Virus record (IMG/VR): IMGVR_UViG_3300037455_000100
Location: 39,305-103,304 of that record
From: a virus
Taxonomy: Duplodnaviria > Caudoviricetes
Direction: 5' to 3' (one strand)
Length of the DNA stretch: 64,000 bases
The position numbers were made by a program, and so were the translations under genes. Shown piece by piece: positions 50,157 through 59,953 of this stretch. Each line of letters begins with the position of its first letter. The stretch's first letter is position 1. The notes under the pieces were generated by a model, which saw nothing but the letters and a program-made list of their open reading frames with translations, had not been told where the DNA came from and ran no database searches.

Positions 50157-51299
50157 TTAGTCAGCAAGAATTGCAGTAAGAATAGCATTGGCTTGTGCTT
50201 CAGTACCAGGAACAGCAATACTAAGCTGTTTGTCACTGTGGTAGGTATAACCCTGTGTATCACTGAAAGCATAATCAATATCGATAATATAGTAAGACTG
50301 GCTCATACTAGTAACATGAGTCTTATTAAGAATCGAAGTATTGAAATTAGATGTCAGGTCATACAGGTCAGCTCTGTTACGCATGAAGTAAAGCTCCATA
50401 TCCATAACTTTGCTAGCAGCACTTACATACACATTAGCAGTTTCAGTTGCAGTAATACGTTTCTTATTGTTACCCCAAATCTCATTGGTGCTACTGTCAT
50501 AAGTACTGAGAGTTACATCATAAACATAAGGATTATCATGCATTCTGTAAGCAAACTCATCAAGCTTTTTGAAGGTATTGCTATTAGAATTTTCAGCAAC
50601 AATAATAGCATTGTTATTTACAGTAAAATCATTAGCTGAGTTATCAAATACATAAGTAACCTTGTTGCTTCCCTCATGTTTGACAAGAGTGTACTTCTTA
50701 CCACTAGTCGTACCGTTAGCTTTCGCAAGACTCTCAGTATCTGTACCAGCTGTCCAGCTAGCACTGGAGGAAGTAGGAGTTACACCAAACAGCATTTTAC
50801 CGTCACTAACGCTCATAGTACCGTCAAGAATAGTAACAATAAAGTCATTTTTAAGAGGAGTGTCAGAGTATGTAGGATTAAGTTTTCCATTCAAATCCTC
50901 TTTAAGCTTAGCCATAACAAAAGCTGGAGTATCAGTAGTGTTACTTCCAGTAGTATAGCTAGAAACCAAATCCCATCTATCCTGCAAGCCGAAGCCATAC
51001 ATATTCTCAAGATAAAAATAGAGGCTATAGGTAGTGTCAGAAGCAACATGTCCTTCAGACACAGCACTCATAGGATTGACAACCCACATACGATAGTAGG
51101 TAGGCTTCACTTGCTTAACCGACGTTCTCTTGACAAGCTTCTTGTTAATAATATCGCTAGTCTCATTACCGTCACTATGGACAGCAATAAAACGTCTTAG
51201 AGCTGCATCTTGTGCTTTCTTTACAAGATAATTAGTAGTTGCAGTATATCCGTCAAGGACATAAAACTGTTTTGTTTGAAGGTCAGAGTATGTACTCAT
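50157..51299 (-). CDS. Auxiliary capsid protein
   Basis: Same codon bias as the MCP gene; DMELYF...R.D, IDIDYA...SDKQLSI; synteny. Confidence 0.6.
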   Translation of the reverse strand: MSTYSDLQTKQFYVLDGYTATTNYLVKKAQDAALRRFIAVHSDGNETSDIINKKLVKRTSVKQVKPTYYRMWVVNPMSAVSEGHVASDTTYSLYFYLENMYGFGLQDRWDLVSSYTTGSNTTDTPAFVMAKLKEDLNGKLNPTYSDTPLKNDFIVTILDGTMSVSDGKMLFGVTPTSSSASWTAGTDTESLAKANGTTSGKKYTLVKHEGSNKVTYVFDNSANDFTVNNNAIIVAENSNSNTFKKLDEFAYRMHDNPYVYDVTLSTYDSSTNEIWGNNKKRITATETANVYVSAASKVMDMELYFMRNRADLYDLTSNFNTSILNKTHVTSMSQSYYIIDIDYAFSDTQGYTYHSDKQLSIAVPGTEAQANAILTAILAD

Positions 51300-51365
51300 C
51301 TTTTTAAAAGTTTTTAATTAAACATTAAGTTAATTGACTATATATAAATTAATATTAATTTAATT

Positions 51366-52031
51366 TTATGATTTGTAATCTTGGTAAGCTAATTTAGCTG
51401 CTATTTCAATTATCTGCCTGTGTAAAGATTCTGGTAAGATACAATTCATTTGTGTAGTATATCCATCTATCTGTTCATTATCATATAAATCTTCAAGTAT
51501 AATAGGTGTAGGATTCTTTATATATCTAATTTGGTAATAGTTTACATTAGTGTCTTTAGTTATAATTTCTATATAAGAACTATTATTCTTTGACGCATCT
51601 AGTCTAAACGCTCTATTATAATTGAATTTAAATGGATTCTTTATTAATTTATCTATCTCATCGTGAGTAGCTGGTTTAATATCTATAAACTTATCGCGTA
51701 TGCATACATTAGCATTACTGTTCATCTTCAGCTTCTCATTAATAATATATCTTAACTTACTAGGTTGTTCAAATGCTACAGTATACTCTGGATATATAAA
51801 ATCTGAATCACTTAAAGTGGATAATTTACCAAGCTGTTCAGTTGCTACAAGTACAGATAATTTACGTCTAGCTTCCTCAGATGTTTCAAAATTTTCATAT
51901 ATAGAATCAACTAAAGCATTCTGACCCTTAGTAAGATATACACTAATCTCGTATGGGGTCAATCCTGCTGCTTGATTAGAGGCAAGATTATTAAACGCTA
52001 AGTTAAATTCACTTTGAAAATCTGTATACAT
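51366..52031 (-). CDS. Head-tail ring/adaptor protein
   Basis: EISVYLTKGQ, RYIKNP, CILPESLH..I. Confidence 0.65.
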   Translation of the reverse strand: MYTDFQSEFNLAFNNLASNQAAGLTPYEISVYLTKGQNALVDSIYENFETSEEARRKLSVLVATEQLGKLSTLSDSDFIYPEYTVAFEQPSKLRYIINEKLKMNSNANVCIRDKFIDIKPATHDEIDKLIKNPFKFNYNRAFRLDASKNNSSYIEIITKDTNVNYYQIRYIKNPTPIILEDLYDNEQIDGYTTQMNCILPESLHRQIIEIAAKLAYQDYKS

Positions 52032-52942
52032 TATTTAATACTTTTAGATAAATCGAAATATAATTCTTGGTTTGCCACATCAGCAAGATATTTGGCAGCA
52101 TTGTTCAGATTAGGCTCTTCATAATCGTATGCAATTTTGTTGCCAGTATCAGCCTTGTAGTAATATCCGTTACGCTCGGAGATAATACCTTTCTCAGTAC
52201 CAATAATAATCACTTTCTTCTGTTCAAGAAGTGTATCAGTAAGTACCTTATTAAGCTTCTTGCTCTCAGTCTCCATATAACTGACAACTTTTGCTTTCAA
52301 TACATCAAGCTTAGTAAGAGGTGAGGACTTTCTCTTTTCATGCAGATAAAGAATAGTTCTAAGCATGTTAATATCCTCTTTATACTTAGCATAGTATTCA
52401 AAGTTTTCAAGTTTAATATCTGCAATAGCACCAGCACTCTTTGCAGCAGCACCTTCATTAGACATTACAAATCGGTAAGACGGTTTTCTAGCGTTTTCAT
52501 AAGCCTCTTGACTAGGACAAATATGCTCGTTGTTTACTTTCAAGATAGCTACTTCAATATAATCCTTGGGTACACTGAGGTCAAATCGTTTAGTAGATTT
52601 ATCGAGAGTAACCCTATTAATATAACCCATACCGTATGTAGTCCAGTAGTTATTAGTGGTTTTCATAGGTGACATAGTTCCAGATTCAAGTCCAAATAAC
52701 TTTTCAAAGAAGGTCTGCTCTTCTGGTGTAAGAACCTGTGCTAACATACCATTCTTATAAGGTACAGCGTATGTAATTGATGCAGCTTCAGCCAAACCTC
52801 CATCTACTGGAGACTCTGGATTATCATTATACATCTTACTTGTTGAACGGATATACTTCACTTCAACAATTTCCTGTTTTAAAGGATTAAACTCTGTAGA
52901 TTCTGTAGTAGTAGGTCTACCTCTTTTAACTTTTTCTTCCAT
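52031..52942 (-). CDS. Conserved capsid-module protein downstream of MCP
   Basis: Synteny; NNYW, FDLS.P.DYI. Confidence 0.6.
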   Translation of the reverse strand: MEEKVKRGRPTTTESTEFNPLKQEIVEVKYIRSTSKMYNDNPESPVDGGLAEAASITYAVPYKNGMLAQVLTPEEQTFFEKLFGLESGTMSPMKTTNNYWTTYGMGYINRVTLDKSTKRFDLSVPKDYIEVAILKVNNEHICPSQEAYENARKPSYRFVMSNEGAAAKSAGAIADIKLENFEYYAKYKEDINMLRTILYLHEKRKSSPLTKLDVLKAKVVSYMETESKKLNKVLTDTLLEQKKVIIIGTEKGIISERNGYYYKADTGNKIAYDYEEPNLNNAAKYLADVANQELYFDLSKSIK

Positions 52943-52991
52943 TTTTAATCTGTTTTAATTAATAATATAAGTTCTTAAAGTTTTTAATTAG

Positions 52992-53023
52992 AACCTATAG
53001 AACAGTCTCCTATCCTATAGGTT
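52992..53023 (-). terminator. Stem-loop after the MCP gene
   Basis: AACCTATAG...CTATAGGTT. Confidence 0.55.
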
Positions 53024-53032
53024 GAAGATATA

Positions 53033-54595
53033 TTAAGCCACCAAACCAGCGGGCAGGTAGTTAAGACATCTTGTCGGGTCAAGAATGCAAGCACCCAAGC
53101 TTGTCATAGTGTGAATGCTAGAAGAATCCTCGTCGTTTGAGATAATATTACTCTTGATACCCCAAGGATTACGCATACCAATCATGTAACGAGCACTGTC
53201 ACTATACTGACTACCTTCAAGCTTGCAGCGATAAATGTTAGGCTCAGTAGAGTTACCCATATCAATTACACGGAATGCTCTAGAAGAGAGTACTCCACGT
53301 CCGTCATTAGCCATAATCTTATTACGAACAGGGTCATCAAAGCTCATATCAAGAACAAACTTAATATGCAGACCATTAGGACCAATATATTCAGTGAACT
53401 GACCTTCATTATAGGTATAAGTATTCTCACCATTCTTCTTAACAAGACCAAGGGCAACAGCATCAATCTCGACATTGTTAGCATTGATTACACCGCTACC
53501 GACAGGAATAAATCCGCTAGTAGTCTTATTGATAGCACGGCTAGCCATAGTCATACCCTGAGTACCAGTAAGAACCACAACATTACGCTCACTTATAGGA
53601 ATATTACCATTAGTAAAGAGGAGGTTCAAAAAATCAACAAAGTCATTAATATTGAACTCACCACCACTGTAATAAGCGGTATGACCAGACTCAAGCTGCG
53701 GCATAATACCATTACCCTTACGGATAACATTGCCAGACTTACCAAAGTCCACATACTGACCATTGGGAGTACGGTTATCGCGTGAGTACATTTCGGCTTC
53801 ATTATTCTCTCTATACCACTCATTCCAGAATACCCACTCCTCGTATGTGAACCAGACATCAGTATCTTTAGTGACAACATTATTATTCTTGCCAATAACC
53901 TTCACAGGAATAGTACAGCCAAGTTTTTGCTGAGTATCAGCAGCACCAGTGAACTTCTTGTCCTTACGGATAGTAGTCCAACCGTTACGCATTTCAGTAG
54001 GAGTACTGGTAACAATATTACCAACACGTCTTGAAAGCTGATTCTCAACAGGTGCGTAGCTACGGCTAAATCTCATACCAGGCTTCAAGTCCTCAGCAGG
54101 GCAACCGTCGTATGCATTACCCATAAGAACAGCATTGACAACCCAGTTAGAACCCTCAGCAAATCCGTCACCAATCACACGGAAAGGATACATTTCATTA
54201 TGCTGACCAAGAATCTGAGTACCATCACCAAAATAAGCTTTATCAAAGACAAACTGAACCATAGCACCGTTAGCACCAATCATAGTAGTGTCATCAGTAG
54301 CAGCAGTAATAGCATTACCAGCCTCATCACGAACCTCAATAACAGGAATATTACGATAAGAAGAACCCTGAATCTTCCAATTATAATCATTCTCTGTCAC
54401 AAAAGTCATAGTGTGAGCATACTTATCAATAAGAGTACTAATAACAGGACCATAAGAATCCGACCACATACGAACAACAGTACGCTGAAGATTCTCAGGC
54501 TGAATCATACCCAACTCAGCCAGAGTTTTCATCTGGGTGATAGGGGTTGCAAGCATCTGAGCTTGTCTAATTTTTAACTTGTTTACTGTAGGCAT
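53033..54595 (-). CDS. Major capsid protein
   Basis: 520 aa; Y.W.I.G, G.G..PQ.E, TG..G, D.SFDD, DPTR C-terminal pattern; strong codon bias; crAss capsid-module order. Confidence 0.85.
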   Translation of the reverse strand: MPTVNKLKIRQAQMLATPITQMKTLAELGMIQPENLQRTVVRMWSDSYGPVISTLIDKYAHTMTFVTENDYNWKIQGSSYRNIPVIEVRDEAGNAITAATDDTTMIGANGAMVQFVFDKAYFGDGTQILGQHNEMYPFRVIGDGFAEGSNWVVNAVLMGNAYDGCPAEDLKPGMRFSRSYAPVENQLSRRVGNIVTSTPTEMRNGWTTIRKDKKFTGAADTQQKLGCTIPVKVIGKNNNVVTKDTDVWFTYEEWVFWNEWYRENNEAEMYSRDNRTPNGQYVDFGKSGNVIRKGNGIMPQLESGHTAYYSGGEFNINDFVDFLNLLFTNGNIPISERNVVVLTGTQGMTMASRAINKTTSGFIPVGSGVINANNVEIDAVALGLVKKNGENTYTYNEGQFTEYIGPNGLHIKFVLDMSFDDPVRNKIMANDGRGVLSSRAFRVIDMGNSTEPNIYRCKLEGSQYSDSARYMIGMRNPWGIKSNIISNDEDSSSIHTMTSLGACILDPTRCLNYLPAGLVA

Positions 54596-54614
54596 AATTT
54601 AAAATATTTTAATG

Positions 54615-55763
54615 TTAAATGTCAAAACCGACTATCTTTTCAGTATCATTAATAGCACCAAGACCTGACTTAAAATTTAATGAACCGTCTGTTCTATAAG
54701 TTTGGTTAAGCAGTCTTTCAAGATTCTTATTACTTTCCCTAACCTGCTTCTTTACAGCACCTTTAAAAACACCATCAAGTTTAGTAAATCCCTCTGTTAA
54801 AACATACATTGTACCAAACATTTTAAGAGCTTCGTTAGGCTTCTCTCTCATATATTTCTGAATCTCTGTAAGCTGAGAACCATCTTTAAGTTTAATAGGT
54901 TTAGTAACAGTTTCATAAATTTTCTTTCTAATATTTTTACTTACATCAAGACCAGAATAGAAATCGTCGTCATTCATTATAGAAGTTTCAAGCTCTTCTA
55001 ACTGTTTCTTCTGCTTCTCTATAAATTTCTCTTGTTCTTTCTTACCTTCTTCAACTTCCTTATCGTATGAATTTTTATAGAATTTCTTTAAAGAAGCTAA
55101 AGCTTTCTTTGCATCATTCACATCATTACCACTCTCTATAGAACGTTCCACCATTTCTCTTGCATCATCTTCATCAAATCCTTTAGCGATATAGTTTTGA
55201 TAGATAAGATTCTTTCTATAATCTTCATATTGTTCACCTTCTTTCTCAATAGTTTCATCGGTTACTTGGTCAAGGCTATTAATAACTTGTTCATACTGTT
55301 GAATTTTATTAGGCTGTAATCCTGCATTTAAAGCATCATTAACTCTCTTCTGTACTTCTGTAAGTTGACTGTCTACCCTGCTATCAATATCCTCTCTAAA
55401 AGCTTCAATCAAATCTTCAGTAGTATTAACCTTTTTCAATCTTTCTTTATCAAGAGTTTGAAGAACCCCGTTGTCTGCAAGGGTAAAGGCAATGGAAGAA
55501 CTTATATTATTAGGAGAACCTTTATCACTTACATCATTGGGGTTCTCCCCACTTTGATTATCTTTTACTTCTTCATTTTCTTTAACCTCTTTAACCTCTT
55601 TAGTCTCAGTAGTCTCAGTATCTTCTGGAGGATTTTGATTTACTTCTTCATTTTCTTTAGTTTCAATTTTATTAATTTTGTCGTTTTCCTGACTATTCTC
55701 AGGAGTTAAGATGCCTAGTTTTGTTGCATCTTCAAAGTTAATGTTAAAAAATTCTTCTTCCAT
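54615..55763 (-). CDS. Putative scaffolding protein
   Basis: Acidic low-complexity N-terminus and coiled coils, directly upstream of MCP. Confidence 0.65.
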   Translation of the reverse strand: MEEEFFNINFEDATKLGILTPENSQENDKINKIETKENEEVNQNPPEDTETTETKEVKEVKENEEVKDNQSGENPNDVSDKGSPNNISSSIAFTLADNGVLQTLDKERLKKVNTTEDLIEAFREDIDSRVDSQLTEVQKRVNDALNAGLQPNKIQQYEQVINSLDQVTDETIEKEGEQYEDYRKNLIYQNYIAKGFDEDDAREMVERSIESGNDVNDAKKALASLKKFYKNSYDKEVEEGKKEQEKFIEKQKKQLEELETSIMNDDDFYSGLDVSKNIRKKIYETVTKPIKLKDGSQLTEIQKYMREKPNEALKMFGTMYVLTEGFTKLDGVFKGAVKKQVRESNKNLERLLNQTYRTDGSLNFKSGLGAINDTEKIVGFDI

Positions 55764-55787
55764 AATTTAGTTCTCCTATAAATTTGT

Positions 55788-55797
55788 TGCAAAAATA
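55788..55797 (-). promoter_or_regulatory. Promoter of the capsid operon
   Basis: TATTTTTGCA on the minus strand. Confidence 0.65.
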
Positions 55798-55857
55798 ATA
55801 TCTTTTAAAGATTTATATTGTTTATATAATTAAAATAGTTTAAACTTATAACTAATT

Positions 55858-56220
55858 TTATTTATTATTTTCCTTGTCAGCAAGCCAAGAATGATAGTTG
55901 CCGTTCAAATATTCTTCCATATAACCCACCTTCATTTCAACCTTTTCTAGTCGTTCATCTATCCTCGTAAGCTTGTTAATAATTTGGTCTTGATTAGAGA
56001 AATTCTTCTCATTTGCTTGTTTTACAGTCTCTACCATAGCAAGCATTTCCTCCTTAACTTTAACAATCAAGTCAAGTCGTGCTTTTTGAGCTTCTACATC
56101 AGACACGGTAGCTTCACTGTCTTTAATAGTTTTATTTTGCTTTCTATAAGCTATAGCAGCTACAATACTACCTACAGTAGTACCTGAAAGCAATGTTAAA
56201 ATAATTGTAGTCCAATCCAT
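55858..56220 (-). CDS. Membrane-anchored coiled-coil protein (holin- or spanin-like)
   Basis: N-terminal TM followed by a coiled coil. Confidence 0.55.
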   Translation of the reverse strand: MDWTTIILTLLSGTTVGSIVAAIAYRKQNKTIKDSEATVSDVEAQKARLDLIVKVKEEMLAMVETVKQANEKNFSNQDQIINKLTRIDERLEKVEMKVGYMEEYLNGNYHSWLADKENNK

Positions 56221-56221
56221 T

Positions 56222-56638
56222 TTACTTAAATAGTTTAATAATTATTTTTATAAAGTTCTTAATAATTTCTATAAATTTAGTCTTAGTAATTAATAGGTAT
56301 AATAATACAATACCCAATGATAACCATACTGGCCACCATTGGGGTTTATTTACTATTTCAGTAACAACAGTTTCTGTGTTCACTATTTGTGGAATAGTGT
56401 CATGAGTAACCAGACTATCATGTACAGTTTTACCTACATAAATTGTCCTAATATGCTCTTTATAAACAGTATCACCGTTTATGAATATTATAGTAGAATC
56501 AGTAGTGTGTGTAGTGTCATGTACATACTCAGTCTTATACTCAGTACTGATTACTTCTATAGGAACTTCTACTATCTCTTTAACATGTTTACAGCTAACA
56601 AAAGCTATACAAACTAATAAAATTAAAATCTTTTTCAC
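56222..56638 (-). CDS. Lipoprotein with C-terminal TM (unimolecular spanin-like)
   Basis: MKK + hydrophobic stretch + FVSC lipobox, DT/DS beta repeats, C-terminal TM helix. Confidence 0.65.
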   Translation of the reverse strand: MKKILILLVCIAFVSCKHVKEIVEVPIEVISTEYKTEYVHDTTHTTDSTIIFINGDTVYKEHIRTIYVGKTVHDSLVTHDTIPQIVNTETVVTEIVNKPQWWPVWLSLGIVLLYLLITKTKFIEIIKNFIKIIIKLFK

Positions 56639-56661
56639 TATAAATACTAATTATTTCTTTT

Positions 56662-56671
56662 TGCAAAAATA
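56662..56671 (-). promoter_or_regulatory. Promoter of the lysis-like genes
   Basis: TATTTTTGCA on the minus strand. Confidence 0.6.
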
Positions 56672-56694
56672 CAACTTTTTTATAAAATAGATAA

Positions 56695-56723
56695 AGTTCC
56701 TAAAATATTTCATTTAGGAACTT
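56695..56723 (-). terminator. Terminator closing the CCC operon
   Basis: AAGTTCCTAAA...TTTAGGAACTT. Confidence 0.7.
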
Positions 56724-56744
56724 ACTAATGTTACTTATAAATTC

Positions 56745-57047
56745 TTATAGATTTTTGTAAAATCTATAAATATTCTGTGCGATATAACCTATAAGATATG
56801 CAGCATCTTCTGAATCTTCTTTAACATTATAGTATTTACATATATGTGATTGTAAATGCTTTAACTCATGTATTAAAGTATTAAAGAATTGCTCAGACGA
56901 AGAAGATGTTGAAATAGCTACAATACTTCTCCTTTTACTATAATCAGTATAAGTAAATCCAGTATCGAGCTCTCCCAGATAAACATTATATAATATGATT
57001 ACTTTCCAATAACCATTTATATCAATATTTTGCCTATAACATTTCAT
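56745..57047 (-). CDS. Small HExxH zincin-like protein
   Basis: TLIHELKH...SEDAAYLIG. Confidence 0.7.
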   Translation of the reverse strand: MKCYRQNIDINGYWKVIILYNVYLGELDTGFTYTDYSKRRSIVAISTSSSSEQFFNTLIHELKHLQSHICKYYNVKEDSEDAAYLIGYIAQNIYRFYKNL

Positions 57048-57438
57048 ACCAATCTATAGGGATTCCTTGTAGACACATGTCAGCATAGAATCTGTTGAAT
57101 ACCTGACCATCTACTGCATCAGGGTCATCAATCAAATCCTTTACATACATGGCTTGTCTAGCTTCATCTATAACAGACCTTCCTAAGAAATCTGCTTCAC
57201 ACATAGACCATACATAACATCCATCATAAAGTGCATCATTGTTAAGCTTTATACCATACTGTTGCATCTTTAACTTGAATGTTTCTTTAGTGACAGGATT
57301 TACAGGTTGATTGTTTGCTTTATACATATTAGATACAGCAAACTCATACATCTTTTTACTGAAATGTCTGCCATTGTGTGACAGATACATTTCCATATCT
57401 TCTGGTATAATATATTCTAAAGAATCTCTTTTTCTCAT
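57034..57438 (-). CDS. Hypothetical protein
   Basis: YL..NG.HF, AD, DDPD, F.RFYADM...G.PIDW. Confidence 0.7.
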   Translation of the reverse strand: MRKRDSLEYIIPEDMEMYLSHNGRHFSKKMYEFAVSNMYKANNQPVNPVTKETFKLKMQQYGIKLNNDALYDGCYVWSMCEADFLGRSVIDEARQAMYVKDLIDDPDAVDGQVFNRFYADMCLQGIPIDWYEML

Positions 57439-57480
57439 AACTAAATAAAATTAAAGGGGATATTGCTATCCCCTTGATTA

Positions 57481-57666
57481 TTACATTCTACGAAACTTCT
57501 TTGAATAGCGATTATCTTCTTCATCATCTTCATAATGACGACTACGCTCTTCATACTCAGAATCTTCTATACACTCAACAATCATAGAAGCATACTCTTC
57601 CATTTTACGAGCTTTCTCAAGAAGATGTTCTTTATCTCTTTTAGTTCTGAATGAAACCATTACCAT
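57481..57666 (-). CDS. Small charged protein
   Basis: ATG at 57666 preferred; followed by hairpin 57454-57475. Confidence 0.6.
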   Translation of the reverse strand: MVMVSFRTKRDKEHLLEKARKMEEYASMIVECIEDSEYEERSRHYEDDEEDNRYSKKFRRM

Positions 57667-57679
57667 AATATTCCTTTCT

Positions 57680-58150
57680 TTAATTAGAGTTTCCAAGTTT
57701 CTCAAGTAATATCTTAATACTATCTTGAAGTGTATTTACCTGACTTTGTAAACTTTCTATAGCTTTATTATCCGTTACATTAGGACTTAACTCGCTTAGA
57801 GCTTCCTCATAATCAGCTACTAATTTCTCATGTTTCTTCATACTATTAAGAATAGTTTTACTATTCTGCATCATAGAAGTTATATAAGAACTCAGTGCAT
57901 CTTTATTTTCAGCTATAATAAAAGCCGAATCACCAAAGTTAGCTATTGATGTATTAGGAACTCCTTTAAATTCTCTTCTCTCACCAGCTATATTAGCTAC
58001 AATATCTACAATCATTTCCATATTAGGATTGAATGTATTATATTTAGGTCTTGGAAGAGATACACTTTCTATTGGACCACTTAATACTTTAGGATTGTTA
58101 TTCAAATCCAATACGTATAAAATACTATTTTGAGTTAAATTTGAAAACAT
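57680..58150 (-). CDS. Hypothetical protein with C-terminal coiled coil
   Basis: 156 aa ORF. Confidence 0.7.
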   Translation of the reverse strand: MFSNLTQNSILYVLDLNNNPKVLSGPIESVSLPRPKYNTFNPNMEMIVDIVANIAGERREFKGVPNTSIANFGDSAFIIAENKDALSSYITSMMQNSKTILNSMKKHEKLVADYEEALSELSPNVTDNKAIESLQSQVNTLQDSIKILLEKLGNSN

Positions 58151-58180
58151 AGTTATTAAATTTTAATTGTTAGATTTTAA

Positions 58181-58519
58181 TTAAGCAACAGTCCTAGACA
58201 TTAATGTAAGTAAACCTCTAGTTCTATCATTAAACACTGTTATAACACCAACATTAAGTAATTCAGCAGCAGTGACAGGAGTACCGTTAGGTAAAGTCAA
58301 AGCTCTGGTAGTACCATTCATTGTAAGAGTTATAGGCAATGTAGTTGTAGCATCAGCAGGTATTACGTCATTAATAAGAACTGTCAAATAACCTACTGGT
58401 TGGATTCTACGAAATCCTAAAGCTATATCAATAGTTTCAGTACCTATAGTAGTATTAGTTGAACTAATATAAGGAATACCACCAGCGTTAGTTGCTATAA
58501 TTTGATTACAACAATTCAT
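58181..58519 (-). CDS. Small beta-rich, Thr-rich protein
   Basis: 112 aa, starts MNCC. Confidence 0.7.
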   Translation of the reverse strand: MNCCNQIIATNAGGIPYISSTNTTIGTETIDIALGFRRIQPVGYLTVLINDVIPADATTTLPITLTMNGTTRALTLPNGTPVTAAELLNVGVITVFNDRTRGLLTLMSRTVA

Positions 58520-58543
58520 ACGTTTAACCTCCTATTTCCTCAT

Positions 58544-59494
58544 TTAAAAAATAATACTACCACCGAAACCATTCATATAACCATAACCACCAGCATAAGG
58601 AGTATTATTAACAGCCGTGAGATTAGGCCATGTAATAGGAACAGTGTTGGGCTGTTTTGCAGCAATTGCATCAATCTTATCGTCAATAGCAGCCATAGCC
58701 TTATTGAAAGCTAAAGTCTGGTTATCATTACTAATCTGATTACGCAGTTGAGTAATAATATCACCCTGAGTATTAATCTTATTCTGAAGTTCACGCTCTT
58801 TAAGGTCACAGAATTCCTTAGTAATAAGAGTATTCTGACCAGCAATAGCATTAAGAATACTGTTAGTATTAGCATCAGCCTGTCTTCCTAATGTATTAGT
58901 TTGCTGGCAGACACTTAACTGGTCAGCAGCTTCATTGTTAGCAAGCTGAAGTCTTACATTAGCATCGTTAGCAGCAAGCTGAGAAGTAATAGTATTGGTT
59001 TGCTGACAAGTAGCAAGACGATTCTCACAGCAGCAGCTAGCAAGCTGTTGAGCTAATGAAGCATTACCACTCTGGACAGAGTTGATAACTTGTAAACCAC
59101 TCATACCAACCTGAGAACCAATCTCACCAAGTTTATTATTAACAACATTGATAGCATCCCTAACACTCTCAACACTAGCGTTACTAATCTGAGCAAGCTG
59201 ACCAAGTGCATCAGCACGACCATTAATAGCCTGAAGAATAAGGTCACGACCAGCATCGTTGTTAAGTTGGTTAGCTAAGAACCCAACACCACCGTTATTG
59301 TTGTTACCAAAACCAAAACCATTACCGTTAAACATGTTGAAGAAAGGAAGGATAAAAGGATACATAAACATCATCCACAAAGGATTGTTGAATCCATTAC
59401 CAAATCCTCCATTATTTCCAAGAAGCAAAGCAGTAGTAGGGTCAATACTGTTGTTTCTATTCTCTGGAAACATAAAGACTTTACTGTCATCCAT
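58544..59494 (-). CDS. Gly-rich hydrophobic N-terminus plus coiled-coil protein with CCC motif
   Basis: NPLWMMFMYPFILPFF flanked by GNGFG repeats; QLASCCCENRL; long Gln/Asn/Ala heptads. Confidence 0.75.
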   Translation of the reverse strand: MDDSKVFMFPENRNNSIDPTTALLLGNNGGFGNGFNNPLWMMFMYPFILPFFNMFNGNGFGFGNNNNGGVGFLANQLNNDAGRDLILQAINGRADALGQLAQISNASVESVRDAINVVNNKLGEIGSQVGMSGLQVINSVQSGNASLAQQLASCCCENRLATCQQTNTITSQLAANDANVRLQLANNEAADQLSVCQQTNTLGRQADANTNSILNAIAGQNTLITKEFCDLKERELQNKINTQGDIITQLRNQISNDNQTLAFNKAMAAIDDKIDAIAAKQPNTVPITWPNLTAVNNTPYAGGYGYMNGFGGSIIF

Positions 59495-59531
59495 AAATTT
59501 AAAAATTTTAATTGTTAATGATTAATTTTTT

Positions 59532-59557
59532 GTAAGCTTACGGATGCAAAAGTACTA
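59532..59557 (-). promoter_or_regulatory. Promoter plus palindromic site upstream of the CCC gene
   Basis: TAGTACTTTTGCA (59545-59557) immediately followed by perfect palindrome GTAAGCTTAC (59532-59541). Confidence 0.65.
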
Positions 59558-59599
59558 TATATAATATCTAAATACTAATATTCACTATATAAAAAATAA

Positions 59600-59625
59600 A
59601 CCTCTGATTATCATTAACCAGAGGT
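59600..59625 (-). terminator. Terminator after the HTH gene
   Basis: ACCTCTG...CAGAGGT with a minus-strand T-run. Confidence 0.65.
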
Positions 59626-59647
59626 GAGGTATATTTAGTGAAAAGAA

Positions 59648-59953
59648 CTATTTATATTTACCTATTTTATACTTTTTAGCACATTCTATTACTTCATCTA
59701 AATAAAATCTTTTCTCTTTAAAACCTATCTTCTTAATACCTTTTGGTAATAATCCATCTTTCACTAAAGTGTCAAATCTACTTGTAGATAAACCTATTTC
59801 AATAGCAGCTCTTTCTTTACTTACTGGTTCATGTAATATAGCTGTAAATATTTTTAAAGCTTGTTCTTCTTCTATATCTGAAGTATTAGCTTTAAATTTA
59901 TTAGCTGTTTCTATTAACAAATCTGCTAAGTTATTTCTTAAAACGTCGTTCAT
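59648..59953 (-). CDS. AlpA/excisionase-like HTH protein
   Basis: SKERAAIEIGLSTSRFDTLVKDGLLPKG...RFY. Confidence 0.75.
   Translation of the reverse strand: MNDVLRNNLADLLIETANKFKANTSDIEEEQALKIFTAILHEPVSKERAAIEIGLSTSRFDTLVKDGLLPKGIKKIGFKEKRFYLDEVIECAKKYKIGKYK

Noticed and set aside
50193-54577. Several long + strand ORFs antisense to the capsid genes
   Set aside because: Expected by-product of strong codon bias in highly expressed genes; no recognisable motifs.
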